Below, in pieces: positions 1-7,189 of a DNA stretch of 64,000 nucleotides (its first letter is position 1; each line of letters begins with the position of its first letter). The position numbers and the translations under genes are program-made. The notes below the pieces were generated by a model that searched no databases, had not been told where the DNA came from, and worked only from the letters and a program-made list of their open reading frames with translations. The stretch comes from an uncultured Poribacteria bacterium. Its GTDB lineage: Bacteria; Poribacteria; WGA-4E; WGA-3G. The stretch lies in contig OX639973.1 in assembly GCA_951828385.1 (NCBI GenBank), positions 5,990,845 through 6,054,844 on the forward strand, given 5' to 3'.

Positions 1-830
1 AAACGACGGAGCGCGTCCGCCACGTTGTGGCGATGATTGACGCGTAGAGAACCATTTTCGGCGTGCATCTCGCACCAACCGGAATCCGTGCCGGGCACGC
101 ACCATGCCCCAGCGACGGTCGTGATCCCCCCATTTTCATGTTCACACAGCAGCATCGCGATGTCATCAACATCAATGTCAAGATGCATCGTTTGCACCCG
201 TGCCTCAACATAGCGTACTGGGGATTGCATCAGCGTACAGACAGAATAGATTTCGTGGTAACTTGTGTCAATGATACAACCACCGCCTTTCGCTTTACTG
301 GCGCGCCACGCGAATGCAGGGGTCGGATGATCCGCCGAAAAATCTGTAGGCTTCAATCCCATCCCAGTGCTGCGTCCGAAATGCGGTTTACCTAACGCGT
401 CGAGTTCTGTCATCGCCACGCGCATCCCGGCAGTGAAGATGTAGTTATGCACGACCGTATAAGGTACATCGTTCTGGCGTACTGCTGCCAGAATTGCGTC
501 TGCTTCCTCTAAATTTGTTGCCATCGGCTTTTCTGAAATAACAGCCACGCCTGCGTTTGCGGCTTCGATGACTTGTTCAGCGTGAAGTGAGTGCGGTGTG
601 GCAATCGTCACGACATCAAGTGCCGCGTGTGCCAGCATCTCGCGATAATCTGCGTATCGGTTTTCTGTAGGCACGTCGAACATGTCCCCAATTTTTTGTA
701 GGTTTTCGGGAACGACATCTGCCAGCGCAGTAATCTGAACGGTATCTGTGAGCGCGCGGTAGGCACGGGCATGCGTAATTTGCACAATCCCACCACAGCC
801 AATCAGTCCCAAGCGAATCGGTTTTTTCAT
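1..830 (-). CDS. Gfo/Idh/MocA family NAD(P)-dependent oxidoreductase (C-terminal part beyond window edge; absent from supplied ORF track)
   Basis: Own minus-strand translation from ATG 828-830: MKKPIRLGLIGCGGIVQITHARAY...VISEKPMATNLEEADAIL...; Rossmann N-terminus and EKP motif; frame stays open to position 3; AAGGAG RBS upstream. Confidence 0.8.
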   Translation of the reverse strand, partial: MKKPIRLGLIGCGGIVQITHARAYRALTDTVQITALADVVPENLQKIGDMFDVPTENRYADYREMLAHAALDVVTIATPHSLHAEQVIEAANAGVAVISEKPMATNLEEADAILAAVRQNDVPYTVVHNYIFTAGMRVAMTELDALGKPHFGRSTGMGLKPTDFSADHPTPAFAWRASKAKGGGCIIDTSYHEIYSVCTLMQSPVRYVEARVQTMHLDIDVDDIAMLLCEHENGGITTVAGAWCVPGTDSGWCEMHAENGSLRVNHRHNVADALRR

Positions 831-964
831 CGTGTGTCTCCTTTGTATAGAGTTTAGCAGTTTTTGGCGTAGCTTGCAAGCCAAAACTTGCTGTTGAAGG
901 CGAGATTATGTCAACTTCTTTGAGATGTCTGAAACAATCAGATTTTCGCTAATTCACCAGATCT

Positions 965-1049
965 GGTAAATGTGGTTTTGCGGTGTACTCACCTGCCCCG
1001 CTGAGAAGGGGGATAAAGGGGGGTTGCGATCTGCATTCCCAACCGCACC
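965..1049 (+). repeat. HP-B long-loop hairpin repeat carrying a nested G-rich module (996-1025)
   Basis: GGTTTTGCGGTGTACTCACC...GCGATCTGCATTCCCAACCGCACC matches the HP-B copies at 1281, 3671, 50025 and 61108; the CAAAT core is replaced by CCCCGCTGAGAAGGGGGATAAAGGGGGGTT, a module also seen at 55021-55047. Confidence 0.7.
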
Positions 1050-1280
1050 ATAGGTGTCAATTTGAAAAAATAACTGTTGTGGTCCCCAGGCCGGTAGGTT
1101 TGGTTTCCTAACTGAACCGGATTCTACGCGACAACCTTGAAGACTTCAAAAACCTCTTCAGTCCTGTAAGGACGGTATGTTTATAGAAGGACGTTTCAAA
1201 GAAGTATTCAACCCTGTAAGGGTGGCATGTTTATATCATGTATGCTAAAGCACTGCAAAAAATCGCTAAATTGACACTAT
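1050..1280. mobile_element. E1: MITE-like non-autonomous element with terminal inverted repeats
   Basis: Starts ATAGGTGTCAATTT and ends AAATTGACACTAT (its reverse complement minus one base); interior holds hairpin 1091-1120 and two stem-triloop modules (1161-1186, 1211-1236); related copies at 3628, 16372 and 49982. Confidence 0.6.
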
Positions 1281-1336
1281 AGTGCGGTTTTGCGGTGTAC
1301 ACACCCAAATGCGATCTGCATTCCTAACCGCACCGG
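1281..1336 (+). repeat. HP-B long-loop hairpin repeat
   Basis: GTGCGGTTTTGCGGTGTACACACCCAAATGCGATCTGCATTCCTAACCGCACCGG; arms GTGCGGTT/AACCGCAC are complementary. Confidence 0.75.
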
Positions 1337-1475
1337 ACATTGCTAAGAAATTAACCAATATTTTTTTATACAAGCACTGCGAATAACATCTGTCGGAGGG
1401 ATTTCTAACCCCGATTCTTCCGCAATTCTCCCTTGACTGTTTTGACTAAATATGCTATCCTTTAATAAGTAATAA

Positions 1476-1850
1476 TCCAAGTTGCTACTAACAGATTTTG
1501 CCCACTTCGGAAAGGTTTTTTTTGTCTTTTTCCACACCCCAGATGAGGTTTAACAAATAAATTGGGTAATTGTGGCTACGCGACGTGCGATGAATCGCAC
1601 TACTACGAACCGATCTACTTGTTATCACACGTCTCAGAATTACCCGATTAAATTCTTAATCTTCATGAGGGGTGATATATCTATAGAAAATAGCGTATCT
1701 GTGCGATCGCACTCCAGATGAAGTTTAACAAATAAATTGGGTAATTTTCTAACCAGACCCGGTGCGGTTAGGAAACCGCACCTACCGGGCCTGGGGAGTG
1801 CTGGAATTACCCATTTAAATACTTAATCTTCATGCGGAGTGCTATGTGTG
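1476..1850. repeat. Composite mosaic of repeat modules (two large inverted pairs of the ATTACCCGATT...TTAATCTTCAT module, a short-loop hairpin, stem-triloop tails)
   Basis: 1476-1536 parallels 24086-24146. The module at 1537-1572 (-) is inverted relative to 1637-1686 (+), and 1712-1746 (-) relative to 1803-1850 (+). Hairpin CCCGGTGCGGTTAGGAAACCGCACCTACCGGG lies at 1758-1789. Confidence 0.7.
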
Positions 1851-1919
1851 TAAAAAGATGGAAACTTGCGTTAAGTAATAATCTATTTAAAGACTTCATA
1901 CCTTTTTGAGGATAAGTGA

Positions 1920-2135
1920 ATGAAAAAGAGAGCATATAGCAGATATCGAAAATCATGGCGATGGCAAAACAAACGCCGGACGATCTTGAAGCGAGCGGGC
2001 TATAAATGTCGAAAATGTGGAAGACGCGCGGCGACACAGGTACATCACGAAACCTATAAACGCATCGGCAGAGAACGACTCAGCGACCTAACTGCGGTAT
2101 GTAGCGGATGCCATAAGCGGATTCATGGAAAATAG
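1920..2135 (+). CDS. small HNH endonuclease
   Basis: 71 aa; two CxxC pairs (CRKCG...CSGCH) flank QVHHETY...H, a typical HNH zinc-finger nuclease core; GAGGA RBS before the ATG. Confidence 0.75.
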   Translation: MKKRAYSRYRKSWRWQNKRRTILKRAGYKCRKCGRRAATQVHHETYKRIGRERLSDLTAVCSGCHKRIHGK

Positions 2136-2175
2136 TAACTAACCCTAATACTGAAGGAGGTCAACTTTAAAGTAA

Positions 2176-3381
2176 ATGAACAACCAATCTAATTCCCAAA
2201 GCAATCTCAACAGAATTTTGGAAAAAATCAACGAAATAGTAGAAAAATCGGCTGGCGGAGACTACATCTATCGCGGTGAAGCTGAATGCTTTGAGAAAAT
2301 CTCCTCAAGTCTCTATCGTGAGTATCCCCATGCAGAAGGTGAACGCTTTAATATAGAACGTGACCAAGAAGCAATTCTGAACGAGGCAAAAGAGTATACC
2401 AACGAAACTGACTTAATTAAAATCCTAGCCGAGCTCCAACACTTTAGTGGTAAAACCAACCTTATTGACTTTACTGAAGATTATCTCATTGCCCTCTTCT
2501 TTGCTTCTGATGGCTCCCACGAGAAACCAGGTAGGGTTATCCTTCAAAAAAGAGAATCCGAAAACTACAAGGTCGAGAAGGCACCCAAAACAATTAAACG
2601 CGCTGAGGCACAAAAGAGCGTATTCGTCCAATCACCCGACGGTTTTATTGAGCCGGATATTGAAGTCGATATCCCTATAGATCTCAAGTTCCCCATGTTA
2701 GAATATCTACGAAAATATCACAGAATTTCTGCTGAGACGATCTATAATGATCTTCATGGTTTTATTAGACGCAGTGCTTCCACGGAATTTCTTAAAGGTC
2801 TTACCTGCCAAGCAAAGGGGGATGAAGCGAGGATCGATTGGGTCGCCAACTTGTTTGATAAATGCCGGATTGTGTCTGACGATGAGATGCAAAGCTTGTG
2901 GGCGCGTGTTCTAGCTGGAGAGGCGAACACCCCTGGGACCTATTCAAAGCGGACTGTTAATCTTCTTTCAGATTTTGACAAAAACGATGCAGATTTATTC
3001 ACCAGACTCTGCGGATTCGGTTGGGTGATTGGGAATGTTGTACCATTGGTGTTTGATATTCAAGCAGACATCTACAATAGAAACGGGATTAACTTTGATA
3101 CTCTGAGTCACCTTGAAACTATTGGACTTATTCAATTTGAGAGCCTTACAGGTTTCAGACTTCTCAAGCTTCCCAAAAGATTTGCCGTGTCTTATTATGG
3201 TAAGCCTCTCTCCTTGGAAATGGCTGAGGATGCTAACAATGAACTTAAGACTGGAAAAGTACTTCTCACAAAGATCGGACAGGAACTTGCTCCTATATGC
3301 GGAAGTAAACCTGTAGAGGGCTTCTATGAGTATGTCAAGGAGCAGTGGAAGGAATACTTACCTACAGCGGAGAAAGATTAA
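2176..3381 (+). CDS. FRG domain - DUF2806-like fusion protein
   Basis: N-terminus has YRGE...SSLYR...LAELQHFSGKTNLIDFTEDYLIALFFA (FRG-domain signature). C-terminus has SDDEMQSLWARVLAGEANTPGTYSKRTVNLLSDF (DUF2806-like signature recalled from memory). Lies 40 nt downstream of the HNH gene on the same strand. Confidence 0.6.
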   Translation: MNNQSNSQSNLNRILEKINEIVEKSAGGDYIYRGEAECFEKISSSLYREYPHAEGERFNIERDQEAILNEAKEYTNETDLIKILAELQHFSGKTNLIDFTEDYLIALFFASDGSHEKPGRVILQKRESENYKVEKAPKTIKRAEAQKSVFVQSPDGFIEPDIEVDIPIDLKFPMLEYLRKYHRISAETIYNDLHGFIRRSASTEFLKGLTCQAKGDEARIDWVANLFDKCRIVSDDEMQSLWARVLAGEANTPGTYSKRTVNLLSDFDKNDADLFTRLCGFGWVIGNVVPLVFDIQADIYNRNGINFDTLSHLETIGLIQFESLTGFRLLKLPKRFAVSYYGKPLSLEMAEDANNELKTGKVLLTKIGQELAPICGSKPVEGFYEYVKEQWKEYLPTAEKD

Positions 3382-3398
3382 GGTGGCCAAACAATCTT

Positions 3399-3522
3399 GT
3401 GCACATGCCGCCCTTACAGGGCTTGTTTCTATTGATTGCGCGCGTGCTATAAACATGCCGCCCCGCTGGGGCTAAAGATGTAGAAGGAGTGTTTCTATAC
3501 ACCTGTCGCCCCGCTGGGACTG
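3399..3522 (-). repeat. three phased stem-triloop (SL3) modules
   Basis: Minus strand reads GTCCCAGCGGGGCGACAGGTGTATAG, GCCCCAGCGGGGCGGCATGTTTATAG and GCCCTGTAAGGGCGGCATGTGCAC, spaced about 48-50 nt apart. Confidence 0.7.
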
Positions 3523-3605
3523 GAGATCTGATGATACAAAGAACTACGAAAATCCGCGATTTGCGGCGGACGCGCCCAAATGCGACGTGCATTCAGACAA
3601 GCATT

Positions 3606-3958
3606 GGTGCGGTTCGGAAACCACCCCATAAGTGTCAATTTTAGAAAAAATAATCGTCGTGGACCCAGGTCCGGTAGGTTCGGTTTTGCGGTGTACACAC
3701 CCAAATGCGATCTGCATTCCTAACCGAACCGGATTTTACGCGGAAACCTTGAAGATTTCAAAACCTTCTTCAGTCCCGTAGGGTTTATTTGCTTGGGTAT
3801 TTCTTCAGTATGTTTATAGCAGTGGTTTCGAGCAGACGCCTAAGCCCTGTAAGGGGTTTTTGCTTGGGTGTTTCTTCAGCATGTTTATATCCACAGTTGC
3901 TAAAACGCCATCAAAAACCGCTAAATTGACACCTATGGTGCGGTTCGGAAACCACCCC
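3606..3958. mobile_element. E2: MITE-like element (3628-3936) with flanking perfect 22-bp direct repeats
   Basis: TIRs are ATAAGTGTCAATTT (3628-3641) and AAATTGACACCTAT (3923-3936). GGTGCGGTTCGGAAACCACCCC occurs at both 3606-3627 and 3937-3958. Interior holds HP-B 3671-3732 and two SL3 modules with loop insertions (3773-3819, 3844-3890). Confidence 0.65.
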
Positions 3959-3971
3959 TACCAGTTTGTGA

Positions 3972-6900
3972 TTACAATGGCGGCAACCCATTAACAATCT
4001 CGATCGTCCGGAGACTGACAGTGACAACGCGCCCAATCAAATCCACAATATACTGCGGCGCATCCGCACGATTCGGGTCGTTCACAATCCCGCTCCGCTT
4101 GTCTACCTTAACACGATACTGATCCACCACCCACTCCAACGCAGAACGCGTGCCTAATTGATATGCAAACGCCTCCGCCGGAATGCCCGTCAACGTAAAG
4201 TAGTCATTGTAATAAATCTGCGTCTTATCTTTCGAGAACCGCATCTTTTCCACCTGCCAATCTATTCGCTGTGTATTCGGGGTCTCCACAAGCTGCAGTT
4301 TTTCATACTTCGGAACGGATTCATAGTTAACGTGGAGGTCTGCTAACTGCGCGCCTGCATTGGCGAATCCCCAAAAATCTTCAGCAAACGGGATATGCGG
4401 TAAATCGCGCTTGAGGTTCACCTGATACTTTTCACGATAATCAGGGTGATGCAGGACAGCGTAGTTGTAGTGAAAGATGTCCCACTTGGTGATAGTGTCG
4501 TCTCCGTAGTGCGTTCGGAACTCTGCCAATGCCCAATCGGTGATGTTCTCTTGGCGGTTTGTGCCGTCTTCATTGTAGGTATAGAAAGGAAAGCATTGGG
4601 AATCGACTGTGAGATGGAGATCTGGAATCACGTCAACCATCAGTGTGTGAAAAGAGGCATTTGTCCTTGAAGAACTGACACAAATCACCCGATTTTCTGA
4701 TTCTGTATTGGGTGTTGGAAAGATAGACGGGAAAACGGATGCACGCTCGGTCATCATTCTTGGATCAAAATAGAGGTTCAATTGGGTAAATGGGCGATAG
4801 AGGGATTTTCTAATCTTTTCTTGGGAAAAATGGATAGTTTTCCCACTTTTCAATTTATTCTTTAAGCCTGAACTCCACTTGATTTTCGTTGCATCGGGTA
4901 TCACAAAATCATCAAGTTTTACCGCGCTGTTTTCCCTTCGTTTCCACCGGTCGACCTCTGTGTTGTAAGTCTCGGTCATCTGCTGAACATTCTCAGCGAG
5001 AGCGTTTTGATTGAAGTTGTAAACCCATGAATCTCGATTCGTTGACACACCGAGACTGTAAGTTTTGAAAACAACATTCGTACCCACATCCTTTGCTTTC
5101 GTGCTTCCCATCGGTAGGAAAGTGTCAAATTCGGGGTGGAGCCCTTCGGTGAGCCATGTATACCGACCGTCAGGTGTTATCTGCTGCCAACTAATGTTTT
5201 GATAGTGTTGTTTTGAATCAAGATAGCGGTACTTCTCCTCTTTCCGCCAAAATTCGTCAACGCGCGCATAGAAGATTTCTGCAGTTTTTAGACTTGTCCT
5301 GGGAGTGTTTCTCTTGACGAAAAGATTAATGCTCACCCCGACCTGAATTCCAAAGACGTTGTGCGTCGTTCCTGACAACTTTGGGTTCTTACGGACGTTC
5401 CCACTCAGATCCAAAATATAAATCGCATCGAAATCAGCTGCGAGGTGTTTCCGCATGCCATCAAACGCGGTCCCGTCCAGAAAGCCGTTGTTTGTCACAA
5501 ATGCGACAACACCTTCCTTGCCAATTCGCTTTGATGCCCAACTGAACGCTTTGACATACGGATCGTATAGTTTGTTTTTTAGCTGCGCCGCAGAATCTTT
5601 CGCATAAGTCTCTTCAACCTGTTTATCCATGGTGGGATATTTGCGGTTTTTATTGTTATCGTTTTCGTTGACTTGCTGCGCGTTGTAAGGCGGGTTGCCG
5701 ATAACGACGAACATATCCGCCGCCTTCTGCTTCTCCACGCGTGCCGTGTTTTCCTGTGTGAAGAGTGCTATTTGTTGATCCTCAAACAACTCAAACGTGT
5801 CCGCAAGTGAGATCCCCTCAAACGGCAGGTAGGTCCCTGTCCGTTGAAAGTATTCCTGCTCAATGTTCAAACTCGCAATATAGTAGGGCAATAACAGAAT
5901 CTCGTTGCAATGCAGTTCGTGGCAGTACTTCTCTTCGAGTGTAGTCGCTTGGATATCCTGCATGAGTCGGACGATGAAGTTGCCGGTCCCCACAAACGGA
6001 TCGATAATGTGAACCCCAGTATCTGACAGCGACCTATGAAATTCAGTTTCTAAGATATGCGCAACACTTTTCACCATGAAATCGACGATCGGTTGTGGTG
6101 TGTAGACGATGCCGTGTGTGTCTGCGACCTCAACAGAGAACCCCTGAAAAAACTGCTCGTAGACGGTGTTAAGAAATTGCTGTTTTTGAGAGAAGTCTTT
6201 ACAGAGGAGTGCTGCCTGTTCAATGGCAAGATAAAACGGGTTTAGTTCTTTGAGGAATGCATCGCGACTATAGGTCTGCCCGATGAGCACTTCAATGACT
6301 TTTTCAATCTCGCGTGCGATGATATTTCGGCGGGTGAAGTCGGGATTATTGAAGACGGTACGGAAGATGCGTTCCGTGAGCAGATGTTGGATGAGCATCT
6401 CCTCAACGGCGGCTTTAGAGAGATTCGGATTAATCGCGGCGCGGCACTGTTCATAAAAACCTGTGAAAGCGGTGACAAATGTCGGGTTTGTTTCGTGTTG
6501 TTCGGCTATCAGTTCTGCCGCTTTTCTACCGAGTGCGGGGACCTTCTCTTTAAATTCAGCGACAGCGGCGTGCCAGTTCGCGAGCGCAGCGGGTGGCGCG
6601 GCGAAGAAGTGTTGGAGTGCCGTAATCAGGCGTGTTGGATCGGTGATGTCTACGTCAAAAACCTGTTCTCCGTTCTGATAGAGGATGCCGTGTTGTGGGT
6701 TTTGGAAGAGCGTGTTGTCGAGGGGATAACCTGCCGCTCGTTTCTCCTGCACGGCTCTGGTCAGATTATCGTCCATATCCTTCGCTTCCCAATAGGCGAA
6801 GGGCAGTCCGTATGCGTCGAGTATCACACCATCAAGGACGATACGGTTACCTGATGGCCCGCGCATAGCGAATTGTGGAATGAGGGTAGCATCCACCTGT

Positions 6901-7040
6901 TTTGCACAGACAGTGAGCAGCGTTTCAAAAGGGGAACTGACCGCGCCTTCGTGTGTGACGTTGTGTTTGTCGTATTGGCGCAGCGTGGCGTAATAGTCTC
7001 GGATTGCTTTGTGGCTGGGTTTAAGGTTGAGTTGTAGCAT
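3972..7040 (-). CDS. single-polypeptide restriction-modification enzyme, MmeI/YeeA-like (Type IIL/IIG-like): N-terminal PD-(D/E)XK-like nuclease + gamma-class N6-adenine methyltransferase + C-terminal specificity region
   Basis: 1022 aa; SAM motif IIDPFVGTGNF; catalytic motif VVIGNPPYN; N-terminal LDGVILD...YWEAKD resembles a D...ExK nuclease motif; long C-terminal region is typical of fused TRDs. Confidence 0.75.
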   Translation of the reverse strand: MLQLNLKPSHKAIRDYYATLRQYDKHNVTHEGAVSSPFETLLTVCAKQVDATLIPQFAMRGPSGNRIVLDGVILDAYGLPFAYWEAKDMDDNLTRAVQEKRAAGYPLDNTLFQNPQHGILYQNGEQVFDVDITDPTRLITALQHFFAAPPAALANWHAAVAEFKEKVPALGRKAAELIAEQHETNPTFVTAFTGFYEQCRAAINPNLSKAAVEEMLIQHLLTERIFRTVFNNPDFTRRNIIAREIEKVIEVLIGQTYSRDAFLKELNPFYLAIEQAALLCKDFSQKQQFLNTVYEQFFQGFSVEVADTHGIVYTPQPIVDFMVKSVAHILETEFHRSLSDTGVHIIDPFVGTGNFIVRLMQDIQATTLEEKYCHELHCNEILLLPYYIASLNIEQEYFQRTGTYLPFEGISLADTFELFEDQQIALFTQENTARVEKQKAADMFVVIGNPPYNAQQVNENDNNKNRKYPTMDKQVEETYAKDSAAQLKNKLYDPYVKAFSWASKRIGKEGVVAFVTNNGFLDGTAFDGMRKHLAADFDAIYILDLSGNVRKNPKLSGTTHNVFGIQVGVSINLFVKRNTPRTSLKTAEIFYARVDEFWRKEEKYRYLDSKQHYQNISWQQITPDGRYTWLTEGLHPEFDTFLPMGSTKAKDVGTNVVFKTYSLGVSTNRDSWVYNFNQNALAENVQQMTETYNTEVDRWKRRENSAVKLDDFVIPDATKIKWSSGLKNKLKSGKTIHFSQEKIRKSLYRPFTQLNLYFDPRMMTERASVFPSIFPTPNTESENRVICVSSSRTNASFHTLMVDVIPDLHLTVDSQCFPFYTYNEDGTNRQENITDWALAEFRTHYGDDTITKWDIFHYNYAVLHHPDYREKYQVNLKRDLPHIPFAEDFWGFANAGAQLADLHVNYESVPKYEKLQLVETPNTQRIDWQVEKMRFSKDKTQIYYNDYFTLTGIPAEAFAYQLGTRSALEWVVDQYRVKVDKRSGIVNDPNRADAPQYIVDLIGRVVTVSLRTIEIVNGLPPL

Positions 7041-7189
7041 AGAGGTATAATAGCAAATTTTGGGGATAAGTCAATGGAAAATTGGTACACCAATATTTTT
7101 CTGACATCCGTTTCTGCAAAGTATGCTATAATGCGTTTAATAAGGCAATATATCCACGTCTTGCCAATCACAAAAGAGAGGAATTCGAT

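Noticed and set aside
1268-1285. An 11-nt identity (TGACACTATAG) to the core of the phage SP6 RNA polymerase promoter at the right end of element E1
   Set aside because: Only this one copy has the exact string; the other element ends read CACCTATGG or CATTTATGG. No single-subunit RNAP gene is present, so a chance match inside a TIR is more likely.
3399-3522. CRISPR-like mini-arrays: 2-3 direct repeats of about 25 nt separated by about 25-nt unique spacers (also at 1161-1236, 16479-16554, 24145-24213)
   Set aside because: There are only two or three units per locus. The repeats are not identical, since their stems differ with compensatory changes. Repeat and spacer lengths are shorter than in known CRISPR arrays. 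The units sit inside TIR-bounded elements. No cas genes or leader are present in the window.
3526-3560. CTGATGA...GAAA string reminiscent of a hammerhead ribozyme core
   Set aside because: No complementary helices I-III can be drawn around it, so it is an isolated short-motif coincidence.
7082-7189. 5' extensions of many track ORFs (7082, 9733, 16623, 18863, 27062, 27528, 36913, 39686, 50398, 56085, 57048, 61385)
   Set aside because: The extensions start at weak or non-ATG codons without an RBS. They overlap upstream genes or repeat elements, and they precede obvious signal peptides or conserved N-termini that have their own Shine-Dalgarno plus ATG.
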